Shown one piece after another: positions 16,209-23,769 of a stretch of 24,132 bases of DNA (position 1 is its first letter; each line of letters begins with the position of its first letter). A program made the position numbers and the translations under genes. The DNA is from a virus (lineage: Duplodnaviria; Caudoviricetes). The notes under the pieces are model-generated. The model worked only from the letters and a program-made list of their open reading frames with translations. It was not told where the DNA came from and ran no database searches. The stretch lies in the IMG/VR virus record IMGVR_UViG_3300027533_000088, positions 1 to 24,132 of that record; one strand, written 5' to 3'.

Positions 16209-16259
16209 GGAGGACCGATAGAACGTCTATCGGTTGGCCGATATTTGCTAACGATTTGA

Positions 16260-16289
16260 GTGGAGGCGGCGGGATTCGCACCCGCAGCC
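16260..16289 (-). other. attP core: fragment of the tmRNA (ssrA) 3' end
   Basis: Minus strand GGCTGCGGGTGCGAATCCCGCCGCCTCCAC gives a T-arm plus acceptor strand closely matching typical ssrA 3' ends (GCGGGTTCGATTCCCGCCGCCTCCACCA); lies between arm-site pairs downstream of the integrase. Confidence 0.8.
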
Positions 16290-16302
16290 CGTGGGCATTT
16301 TC

Positions 16303-16500
16303 CTAAGATTTGGTGGGGGTGCCAGCCGCGTTGCCAGCCGGTTCCACCGACTCGCCATTTTCGGACATGGGCGGGAGTCCCTCGATCTCCGCGATCCGGC
16401 GCGCCACGATCCAGAGGAGGCGTTGGTCTGCAGGGGCCAGCCGGTCATAGATGCGCGCGAGCCACTGCGCATCGTCGGAGAGCAGCCTGTCATTGTTCAC
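16303..16500 (-). CDS. Small hypothetical protein, paralogue of 15963-16208
   Basis: GTGA overlap with the upstream gene; WLARIYDRLAPADQRLLWIVARRI. Confidence 0.6.
   Translation of the reverse strand: MNNDRLLSDDAQWLARIYDRLAPADQRLLWIVARRIAEIEGLPPMSENGESVEPAGNAAGTPTKS
16320..16340 (+). repeat. Putative integrase arm-type sites (right pair) TGCCAGCCG x2
   Basis: TGCCAGCCG at 16320-16328 and 16332-16340. Confidence 0.75.
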
Positions 16501-16712
16501 GGGAGGCGCCCCATAATCGCGAACCCCTGCCAGAACACCCCAAGCACCAGGACAATAACCATCCCCAGCATCCACTTGACCAGCAAGAGATCGCCGCGGA
16601 GGTCGGCGAGGGCTTTGTCATAGCCGGCGACCTCTTCGGCCGCACGCTGCGCCTTTTCCGCATTCCCCGGATCGAGCAGGGCATCATGGAGCGCCCCCAG
16701 TCGTAAACTCAT
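16497..16712 (-). CDS. Small coiled-coil protein with C-terminal TM helix
   Basis: ATGA overlap with the integrase stop; LADLRGDLLLVKWMLG followed by a hydrophobic helix. Confidence 0.75.
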   Translation of the reverse strand: MSLRLGALHDALLDPGNAEKAQRAAEEVAGYDKALADLRGDLLLVKWMLGMVIVLVLGVFWQGFAIMGRLP

Positions 16713-17761
16713 GCTTCCCTCTTGATGAGGCGCGGCGTCCAGCCGTGCCGGTGATCCATCTGTTCACTCATCCGCTGTAGCCTGGTGCCCAGGACCGGCA
16801 CGTAGTTCTTCCTGGTGGTCTCGATCCGTTTGTGGCCGGCGCCGACCTGAATATCGGCGAGGTCGACACCGCGCTCCGAGGCCGCCGTCCAGGCGGAGTG
16901 CCGCACGTTGTAGGGCTTGACCGTCTTCGGCCAACCGGCATCGTGCAGCCGCCGGGCGAAGTGGCCATCCTCGCTAAACTCGCCCCACGCCTCCGCGGCA
17001 ATGAACTCCTCCCAGGCAATCAGCATCTCGTCATTGAGATACAGCCCTGGCGAGTCGCCGTCTTTGGCGGCGCGGTCATACCAGATGCGCCGGTCGAGGT
17101 TGAGATCGGCGGGCTGGGTGCGCCCGACTTCGGCGGGGCGCTTGCCGCAGGCCGCCATGACCATCAGCCGGGCGCGGTCTTTGAGCGCATGCTGGCCGCC
17201 GGGTCGGCCCCGGCCGGTGCGGGTGCCGGTCTGCCACTGCTGGGCTCGCTTGAGCAGCTCCGCGCATACGTGGTTGACGATGTCGACCGGGACGAGCTGC
17301 TTGGCCGGCTTCGGGGGCTTCAGCCACTTGAGCCCATCGCACGGCGTGGGCGCATCTTCACCGTCGAGAATTTTGTAGAACTGCCGCAAGGCGCTCACCC
17401 GATTGTTGACGGTGCGCGCGGCGGCGCCCGATTCCAGCCACTGCCCGCGGGCGGTGCGGATGTGCGATTTCTCGACGGCTTCCCGGCTGAGCGTTCCGAT
17501 GAAGGGCACCCACGCTCGGAGATTCGCGCAGTAGTCGGACCACGACGCCAGCTCTTTGCGCTGTGGGAGCACGCGCTCGATGTCCGCAGCCATCGTGCCG
17601 GGCGTGGCCCCGCGCTTCGCCCAGGCGGGAAACCGTTTCCGCAGCTCGGCGGCTTTGCGTTCCTTCCATTGGGCAATGACGCGCTTCGGCGTCGAGGGCG
17701 CGAAGCGGTGCTCACGCTGGCGCCCGGCGACCGTGACGGTCGCGCGAATCATCTCGGCCAT
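16709..17761 (-). CDS. int: Tyrosine recombinase / phage integrase
   Basis: SAM-like ARTVNNRVSALRQFY; catalytic R (CGKRPAE), K (AAKDG), YNVRH, AGH...TT...Y; N-terminal arm-binding-like extension. Confidence 0.92.
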   Translation of the reverse strand: MAEMIRATVTVAGRQREHRFAPSTPKRVIAQWKERKAAELRKRFPAWAKRGATPGTMAADIERVLPQRKELASWSDYCANLRAWVPFIGTLSREAVEKSHIRTARGQWLESGAAARTVNNRVSALRQFYKILDGEDAPTPCDGLKWLKPPKPAKQLVPVDIVNHVCAELLKRAQQWQTGTRTGRGRPGGQHALKDRARLMVMAACGKRPAEVGRTQPADLNLDRRIWYDRAAKDGDSPGLYLNDEMLIAWEEFIAAEAWGEFSEDGHFARRLHDAGWPKTVKPYNVRHSAWTAASERGVDLADIQVGAGHKRIETTRKNYVPVLGTRLQRMSEQMDHRHGWTPRLIKREA

Positions 17762-17773
17762 ACGGGTGCCTTT

Positions 17774-18175
17774 CTATGCGTGGCGGCGTTTCTTGGGGTG
17801 TTCGAGCGCGGCCGGCAGGAACGATTCCACGGGGGCTTGTCGCACCTTCAGCAGCGCCGTCAGTTCGTCGAACTTGTGGAACAGTTCGGCATCCACCGTG
17901 CGATCGCGCGCCTGCTGGGCCGAGATGAAGAGGTGATAGTCGGCCTCTTCACAGCACAGCGCCCACAGTGGCACTTCGAGCGCCTGGGCGATCATCACGA
18001 GTGTATCGAGCCGCGGGCAGATGTCTTTGCTCGCGTTGACGGCATCACTGAGCGTGTTCGGCCGGAGGTGAATCCCCTGTTTGCGGGCGGCGGCAATCAA
18101 CGCGGACTGGGATCGATATCCCCGGGCCGTCATTAAGCGCGTAATCGCGCGGGCCCAGACCGGATGCTGTCTCAT
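17774..18175 (-). CDS. CI-like XRE HTH repressor
   Basis: SQSAL...PNTLSD...PRLDTLVMIAQALEVP HTH pattern; divergent from the Cro-like gene; start placed at MRQHP (uncertain). Confidence 0.8.
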   Translation of the reverse strand: MRQHPVWARAITRLMTARGYRSQSALIAAARKQGIHLRPNTLSDAVNASKDICPRLDTLVMIAQALEVPLWALCCEEADYHLFISAQQARDRTVDAELFHKFDELTALLKVRQAPVESFLPAALEHPKKRRHA

Positions 18176-18296
18176 CTGTGGGGATAGCCTAGCATATCGC
18201 CCATCCGATAAGCCAGTAGGAATACCGCCACGGTGTGCCGTGCGGCGCTTCTGTAACGGCCATCCGATAGTGCCACCCATACAACCGCCGCTCTGC

Positions 18297-18326
18297 TTGA
18301 CAAGCCTATCGGTTTACCGTTAGAGT
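18297..18326 (+). promoter_or_regulatory. Early rightward (lytic) promoter
   Basis: TTGACA 18297-18302, 18 bp spacer, TAGAGT 18321-18326, upstream of the Cro-like gene; spacer carries TATCGG. Confidence 0.65.
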
Positions 18327-18342
18327 CTCGCGCGGTTCCGAT

Positions 18343-18669
18343 ATGCCCCACACTACCCGACTCGAACACGAACGGCGCGCGGCCGGGCTGAGCCAGGCCG
18401 ATCTGGCGTTTACGGCGCGGATTGCGCAGGCGACCGTGTCAAAAATTGAACAGCTCCGGCTCCGAGCGCCGAGTCACAACCTACTGGAACGGCTCGCCCG
18501 CGCGCTCCGGCACCACGGGCGCCTGGCCGTGACCGCGGCCGACTTGGACCCCAGTACCCCCATCGTGATTCGCGCCCGGCCTCGGCGCCGACGCGTCAAG
18601 GTGGCTCCGGCCGATGCCAAGCCAAAAGGAATAGATACCCCATCCGCGCCAGTGACGCAAGGGCAATGA
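18343..18669 (+). CDS. Cro-like XRE HTH protein
   Basis: RRAAGLSQADLA..ARIAQATVSKIE...PS...LERLARAL. Confidence 0.88.
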   Translation: MPHTTRLEHERRAAGLSQADLAFTARIAQATVSKIEQLRLRAPSHNLLERLARALRHHGRLAVTAADLDPSTPIVIRARPRRRRVKVAPADAKPKGIDTPSAPVTQGQ

Positions 18670-18809
18670 CCATCGCCGTCGCCGTCGCCGTGGTGCTGGG
18701 GCTCGGGGTGGCCGTGGCCTGGGCGCTCGCCCGGTTCGCGCGCGAGCTGGCCCGGTATGAGGAGTGGGACGAGCCGATCGTGCGACAGAAACGGAAGGGA
18801 TGGAGATGA
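18666..18809 (+). CDS. Small single-TM protein (47 aa, not in the ORF track)
   Basis: ATGA overlaps at both ends; MTIAVAVAVVLGLGVAVAWALARF. Confidence 0.7.
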   Translation: MTIAVAVAVVLGLGVAVAWALARFARELARYEEWDEPIVRQKRKGWR

Positions 18810-19597
18810 ACAACACCGCCCTGGCGTCTGTGCCACCGCCGACGATCACGTCTGAACAGCTCGCGCTCATCAAGCAGACCATCGCCAAGGACGCGACCCC
18901 GGTCGAACTCGATCTGTTTCTCTACGACAACGCGCGGCGTGGGCTGCATCCCCTGGACAAGCTGCTGCACTTCTCGAAGCGCGGCGGCAAGTACACGCCG
19001 ATCACGTCGATCGACTTCATGCGCTCGCGGGCCGCCATGACGACGGACTACGCCGGCCAGGACGACGTGGTGTTCTCTGGCGCTGCCGGCCATCTCGACT
19101 TCACCGCGACCGTGACGATCTATCGCTTCGTCCACGAACAGCGGTGCGCCTTCACGGCCACGGCGCGCTGGTCCGAGTACAAGCCAGACCAAGACTTTAT
19201 GTGGCGCAAGATGCCGCACACCATGCTCGGCAAGTGTGCCGAAGCCCTGGCGCTGCGCAAGGGCTTCCCGCAGGAGTTGTCGGGGCTCTACGAGGCGGCC
19301 GAACTCGACCAGGCCGAACGGCAGACGGTCGACCACAACACCGGGGAGATCGTCGAGGCCGCCCCGACGACCGGCGTGACCGACCTGCGGGCGCCTCGCC
19401 TGATCACCGAGGCGCAGCGCAAGCGGCTCTTTGCCATCGCGAAGAAAGCTGGGTGGTCGAAAGACGCGATGAAGCAGGCGCTCACGGATCGCTGCCAGGT
19501 GGAGTCGACCCAGGCGATCCCGGTGACGCACTACGACGACATCTGCGCGATGTTCAGCGAAGCGCCGGTCGCCGATCCAAACGAGACCCCGTTCTGA
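18806..19597 (+). CDS. bet: Bet/RecT-family single-strand annealing protein
   Basis: LIKQTIAKDAT..EL.LF...GLHP..K.; TSIDFMR; WRKMPHTMLGKCAEALALRKGFPQELSGLY. Confidence 0.9.
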   Translation: MNNTALASVPPPTITSEQLALIKQTIAKDATPVELDLFLYDNARRGLHPLDKLLHFSKRGGKYTPITSIDFMRSRAAMTTDYAGQDDVVFSGAAGHLDFTATVTIYRFVHEQRCAFTATARWSEYKPDQDFMWRKMPHTMLGKCAEALALRKGFPQELSGLYEAAELDQAERQTVDHNTGEIVEAAPTTGVTDLRAPRLITEAQRKRLFAIAKKAGWSKDAMKQALTDRCQVESTQAIPVTHYDDICAMFSEAPVADPNETPF

Positions 19598-19600
19598 GCC

Positions 19601-19975
19601 ATGAACCGCTGCCTCTTTTGCGGTCGGGAGGACACGGGGCCGAACCATCGCTGGTCGTGCGATGGGCGTCAGGGGCGAGTCGAGGCACTCTACGGGTCAC
19701 AAGGTGATGTGCCCTTCGAGACGCACTCGGCGACCAGTGCGGCGGCTGCGGCGACCTTGCACGACTCGGAGCTGGGCCGGCTCGAGGCCAGGGTGTTGGC
19801 CGTCGTGGCGAAGTGCCCGCGGAGCTGCGATGCGATCGAGGTGGCAACGGGGCTCTCGCATCAGACCGTCAGCGCCCGACTGCGCGGCCTGGTGCTGCGC
19901 GAGCAGATCGAGGACAGCGGGCAGAAGGCTCGAACACGTTCAGGACGACGGGCTGTGGTGTGGAGGGTCAAGTGA
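19601..19975 (+). CDS. Winged-helix DNA-binding protein with N-terminal CxxC
   Basis: CDAIEVATGLSHQTVSARLRGL...DSG...TRSGRRAVVW. Confidence 0.8.
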   Translation: MNRCLFCGREDTGPNHRWSCDGRQGRVEALYGSQGDVPFETHSATSAAAAATLHDSELGRLEARVLAVVAKCPRSCDAIEVATGLSHQTVSARLRGLVLREQIEDSGQKARTRSGRRAVVWRVK

Positions 19976-20406
19976 GAGCGATCGCCGTTAAACAGAAATC
20001 GCAGATTGCCCGACCCCTGTCGGAGCTAGTGCCGCTGATTCAGGAAGAGATCGCGGCCGGCAATGACGCGGGCAAAGGACATTATTACAAGGCCGGCAAA
20101 CTACTAATCGAAGTCCGCGATTCTGGGCAGGTCGCTGACTTCAAGTGGAACAAATGGCTAAAGGAGAATTTCGCGCTCAGTCAACCAACCGCCTACAGAT
20201 ACATGACGTTCGCGGATCGGGTCGATGAAGATCCAAGTCTCTTATCAACGTCGAGAAGTATGTTTGAGATCCTCGAGCCTGAAGAACACCAGAAACGGAA
20301 GGTTCGCCGCGCAGCGAAACAGGAGGCAAAACTGCAGCGAGACATCGAACTAGATCTGCAGATCGAACGATCCCAGTGGACTCCATGGACCAATGACGAC
20401 GTGTAG
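19972..20406 (+). CDS. DUF3102-like protein
   Basis: GTGA overlap; AGKLLIEVR...WNKWLKENF.LSQPTAYRYM. Confidence 0.7.
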   Translation: MRAIAVKQKSQIARPLSELVPLIQEEIAAGNDAGKGHYYKAGKLLIEVRDSGQVADFKWNKWLKENFALSQPTAYRYMTFADRVDEDPSLLSTSRSMFEILEPEEHQKRKVRRAAKQEAKLQRDIELDLQIERSQWTPWTNDDV

Positions 20407-20809
20407 CCGGAGACCCTTAGACGTGCTTGTCGATGAAAAATTGTTAGACCATCCGAAGCTGATTCGAGCAGGTCAGTTAATCGGGCGTAACGGCGTTAGT
20501 AGGGCGTTACATATCTATTTGGCTGGGCTCGTCCATGCGCGAAAGTACCTCACGAACGGATTTGTTGGCACGCCCGTGGTGACCTCGTGGCGGCTCTGTG
20601 AGAAGCCCGTGGCGGTCGCGACCGCGCTATGTCACGAATCCGTCAGCCTGTGGCATCAGGAGCCCGGCGGGTACCGCATCCACGACTATCTCCGCTACAA
20701 CGACACGGCCGATGAAGTGAAACATAAGCAAGAACTTACGCGGCAACGGGTGGCGAAGTGGCGGGCCTTACATCCACGTCAGCCGCGAGGGGCCAATGGT
20801 GGGTTGTGA
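20393..20809 (+). CDS. Replication initiator-like protein (N-terminal domain)
   Basis: VDE...DHPK...LTNGFV...LW....GGYRIHDYLRYN...R.R..KWR pattern resembles phage RepA-like initiators. Confidence 0.7.
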   Translation: MTTCSRRPLDVLVDEKLLDHPKLIRAGQLIGRNGVSRALHIYLAGLVHARKYLTNGFVGTPVVTSWRLCEKPVAVATALCHESVSLWHQEPGGYRIHDYLRYNDTADEVKHKQELTRQRVAKWRALHPRQPRGANGGL

Positions 20810-20890
20810 TGTAACGCGTAACGCAGTTGGTTACGCGTACCTCGCGTACGCGCGGTGTATAACCAGTACCATTCCCACCGTACGTACGTT
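20809..20890. repeat. Putative replication origin: GTAACGC/GTTACGC/CGTACG short repeats
   Basis: GTAACGCGTAACGC, GTTACGCGTACC, CGCGTACGCG, CGTACGTACG clustered directly after the rep-like gene. Confidence 0.5.
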
Positions 20891-21004
20891 GCAAGGGCGT
20901 AGGAACTAGCTCCAAGTAGTGAAGATCTTTCGTGATCCAAACAACAAGCATAGACAACGGCCACGCTGCGCGCGGCCGATGTCTACACGCTGTGGAAAAC
21001 GGAA

Positions 21005-21355
21005 ATGCGAAGAGAGCCATGCAGCCTTCACACGCTCTGCGTGATCGCCCGACGGGTGCTCACGGAAGACCCGGCAATGGACGACAGCGAATGGCGCGAG
21101 CGCCTCAAATGCGCCTTGCTCGCGCAAGGCTGGACGTACCCGAAATACCCGGAGCTGCTCGGCGAGGCCATGAAGCGCGTCGAGGCAGACTTCGATCGCG
21201 CGGTGCCCGTGATGGCTTCGGTCAAGGCCGCGCCAGGTCGACCCGCGGCCAAGTGGAAACTGCTGGCCGCGACGCCTCGCGTTGATGGCCAGTTTACAGC
21301 GCTGACGGATGTGATTGCGGCGCTCAAGCAACGGCGACGGAGGCGTGTCGCATGA
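21005..21355 (+). CDS. Hypothetical protein (replication region)
   Basis: Globular-looking composition; stop coupled by ATGA to the next gene. Confidence 0.6.
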   Translation: MRREPCSLHTLCVIARRVLTEDPAMDDSEWRERLKCALLAQGWTYPKYPELLGEAMKRVEADFDRAVPVMASVKAAPGRPAAKWKLLAATPRVDGQFTALTDVIAALKQRRRRRVA

Positions 21356-21540
21356 CGGCGCTCGAGAAGCTCACCCTGAGCCGATTGGAAGATCGCGTCA
21401 ATCTGCTCGAGGCGCAAGTGGACAACCTCGCGGGCCGCGTCGACTTGTTGGAACAGGTCGGCTGGGCGACCGCCGATGCGTGCGGGTCGATGCTGGTGCG
21501 GATCGAGGATTTGGAGCGGCGCAAGGACGTAGGCGCATGA
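21352..21540 (+). CDS. Small coiled-coil protein
   Basis: Heptad pattern LEDRVNLLEAQVDNLAGRVDLLE; ATGA overlaps on both sides. Confidence 0.7.
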   Translation: MTALEKLTLSRLEDRVNLLEAQVDNLAGRVDLLEQVGWATADACGSMLVRIEDLERRKDVGA

Positions 21541-21890
21541 CTGTTCACAATCCGTACGCTCGGCGGCAACAGCGCGGCCGGGTCTTCTACGGCCATGTCG
21601 ATGTTGCCGTCCGTGCGTTGGGGCGATCGTTGCCGCATAACGCAGTGGTGCATCACGTCAACGGCAACACGCGGGATAACCGCAACGTGAATCTCGTGGT
21701 GCTGCAGAACAGTTCCGAACACACCGCCCTGCACTATCGGCAACGGGTACTGCGGGCGGGTGGCGATCCGTTCAATCAGCATCTCTGCGTAAAGTGTGGC
21801 GCCGTGAAAGCTCCCGAGGCGTTCTACCGCCAGAAGGATCGGCGGATCGGGCGCAAAAGTATCTGCATCGAGTGTTGGCGGATTCGGTAG
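21537..21890 (+). CDS. HNH endonuclease with C-terminal Zn-ribbon
   Basis: LGRSL...VVHHVNGNTRDNRNVNL...EH..LH; C-terminal CVKC...CIEC. Confidence 0.85.
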   Translation: MTVHNPYARRQQRGRVFYGHVDVAVRALGRSLPHNAVVHHVNGNTRDNRNVNLVVLQNSSEHTALHYRQRVLRAGGDPFNQHLCVKCGAVKAPEAFYRQKDRRIGRKSICIECWRIR

Positions 21891-21906
21891 GTCACACGAA
21901 AGGCGC

Positions 21907-22179
21907 ATGATGTCGCAGAAATGGGAATCGCTCTCGGTCATCCGCTCCAGCCCGCCGGCCTACGGCACCTGTAACAAGCCGACGTGCCGGGCGGCGATCG
22001 AATGGGTGACCACCACGGGCAAGGGCGCCAAGATTCCGATCGACCTCCCAATTTCCATCGAGCGCGTCTACGAGCGCCAGGATGGGACGTTCGTCACGGT
22101 GATTGACCAGCGGGCCGTACACTGGACGACCTGCGCGGAATCCGTGGAGCGCGTCAACGCCGCGCGGGCGAAGCGATGA
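21907..22179 (+). CDS. Hypothetical putative Zn-binding protein
   Basis: C....C.AAIEW..T..G..IPID...HWTTC. Confidence 0.7.
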   Translation: MMSQKWESLSVIRSSPPAYGTCNKPTCRAAIEWVTTTGKGAKIPIDLPISIERVYERQDGTFVTVIDQRAVHWTTCAESVERVNAARAKR

Positions 22180-22394
22180 CGGAGTGGTTCCTGGTCTGGT
22201 CGATTGAGCACGACGCGTGGTGGCGGCCGGCGCATTATGGCTACACGCGCGACATCCGAAACGCGGGGCGCTATCCGCGGGACGAAGCGCGCGAGATCCT
22301 GAAGAACGCCAACGTCGTGAGTTGTGAAGAGTGCATGATCCCGGTCGAGTGTTTGGCGTGCCCGGTGAGTCACACGTGCCCGCTGGAGGAGTGA
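22176..22394 (+). CDS. Hypothetical protein
   Basis: ATGA overlap; WSIEHDAWWRP...GYT.....AGRY...EA. Confidence 0.7.
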   Translation: MTEWFLVWSIEHDAWWRPAHYGYTRDIRNAGRYPRDEAREILKNANVVSCEECMIPVECLACPVSHTCPLEE

Positions 22395-23134
22395 TGGCCT
22401 ACGACGACCTGACCCGGTGCCCGCAGACCGAGGAAGAATTTCACGAGTATTTCTACACGCTGATCGGCCGTAACTACATGGCGCCGGCCACTGATTGGGA
22501 GGCCGTCATGGAGGCCGCCTATCCGTGGAACGGGCACATGCTGGTCATTCCGCCAGGCGTTGGCCCCGGTGAGCGGCAATATCCCGATGCGCCGTTTTTC
22601 GGGCTCACGCAGCAATACAGCGGCGGGCCGAAAGGGCGCATCTTCCTGCCGACCGACAGCCCCGACGAACTCGGCTACTACACCCGGTGTATGCAATACC
22701 TCGACGATGCGGTCGGCACCTACGAGAAAAGCAAAAAGCAAGTCGGCGCGCAGAGCACGGGCCTGGTCTGGTCGTGGTACTGGGTGGCCGGCGCCGAATA
22801 CTCGCCCGTGACCGGCCCCGATAGCACCGCCCCACCCGATAGCAGCGAGCTGGCCGCCCGGGTGGCCGCGCTCGAAGAGGCGTATGGGGCGATGGCCGAT
22901 GACCTGCTGGAGATGCAGACCCTCCTGGCCGGCGGGCTCCATGCGCACGGGCCGATCAACCTGCCCATCGTGCTCGAGTCGCTCACGTCCCTACGCTGCA
23001 AGGGTGACATCGACGTGGCTGTGAAACCAGGCCAGGCGATGCCACCGAACATGGAGAGTGCCGACCCGCCCGATGCGGCGACGATTGCGATTCTGCGGCG
23101 ACTAATCGGAGATGGTGATGAGGCCGAGTCATGA
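22394..23134 (+). CDS. Unknown protein in endolysin position
   Basis: GGAGGAG ribosome site, TGATG overlap; aromatic/acidic globular N-domain, Pro linker, coiled coil; coupled to the holin-like gene. Confidence 0.7.
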   Translation: MAYDDLTRCPQTEEEFHEYFYTLIGRNYMAPATDWEAVMEAAYPWNGHMLVIPPGVGPGERQYPDAPFFGLTQQYSGGPKGRIFLPTDSPDELGYYTRCMQYLDDAVGTYEKSKKQVGAQSTGLVWSWYWVAGAEYSPVTGPDSTAPPDSSELAARVAALEEAYGAMADDLLEMQTLLAGGLHAHGPINLPIVLESLTSLRCKGDIDVAVKPGQAMPPNMESADPPDAATIAILRRLIGDGDEAES

Positions 23135-23292
23135 TCCCGTTTCTTGTCTCGCTGCTGCTGGTGGTGCTGATCTGGTACATCGTGCGCACGATGCTGCAGT
23201 CCCATCCACCCCCCGTGCAGCGCATCGTCGACCTCGTCGCCGTGGTGTTCGTGGTGCTGCTGGCGCTGAAGTACTTCGGGCTGCTGGTGTGA
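23131..23292 (+). CDS. Two-TM holin-like membrane protein (53 aa, not in the ORF track)
   Basis: MIPFLVSLLLVVLIWYIV-RTMLQSHPPPVQR-IVDLVAVVFVVLLALKYFGLLV; ATGA overlap. Confidence 0.65.
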   Translation: MIPFLVSLLLVVLIWYIVRTMLQSHPPPVQRIVDLVAVVFVVLLALKYFGLLV

Positions 23293-23396
23293 GGTGCCAC
23301 TGGTGCGGCCTGGTGTTGCGCCTACCGGCGAAACACCGGGCGACGTGCGTGCTGCAGTGTGGCGAGGAGATACGCCCGCTGCTGGAGTTGTGCTGA
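23289..23396 (+). CDS. Possible 35-aa Cys-rich peptide
   Basis: GTGA overlap upstream and TGATG overlap downstream; CHWC..C..C. Confidence 0.4.
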   Translation: MRCHWCGLVLRLPAKHRATCVLQCGEEIRPLLELC

Positions 23397-23749
23397 TGCC
23401 GATGGCGCCCGCCTATCCGTGTCGCCAGCCTGGGTGTGCGGAGCGGGTGCCGTGTCCTATCCATGCCCGCACACAGGCGCTCGATAAGGAACATCGGCGC
23501 ACGAATCGGGACGTGCGTCGGTGGTACTACCTGGCCAAGTGGGTGCACCCGCACTACGGCTTACGGTCCCAGGTGCTCGCCGACAATCCGTGGTGCGTGC
23601 AGTGTCAACAGCGAGGGCTGTTAGTGCAGGCCAGCGACATCGACCACGTCACGCCACACGATGGCGACTGGGATCGCTTCTGGGATCGGGGAAATCTGCA
23701 GGGGTTATGTCGGGGGTGCCACACCCGTAAGACACGGGCGGGGGCATAG
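23396..23749 (+). CDS. Packaging-associated HNH endonuclease (HK97 gp74-like)
   Basis: PCRQPGC...CPIH; PWCVQC; DIDHVTPHDGD..RFWD..NLQGLCRGCHTRKT; precedes terL on circularisation. Confidence 0.9.
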   Translation: MPMAPAYPCRQPGCAERVPCPIHARTQALDKEHRRTNRDVRRWYYLAKWVHPHYGLRSQVLADNPWCVQCQQRGLLVQASDIDHVTPHDGDWDRFWDRGNLQGLCRGCHTRKTRAGA

Positions 23750-23769
23750 TCGGCGAATAGGGGGGGGGG

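Noticed and set aside
16260-16289. Complete tRNA or tmRNA gene
   Set aside because: Only the T-arm and 3' acceptor strand are present; treated as the attP core.
19728-19740. CGGCGACCAGTGC, 13-bp match to the cassette repeat
   Set aside because: Single short GC-rich match inside a coding region with no partner motif; plausibly chance.
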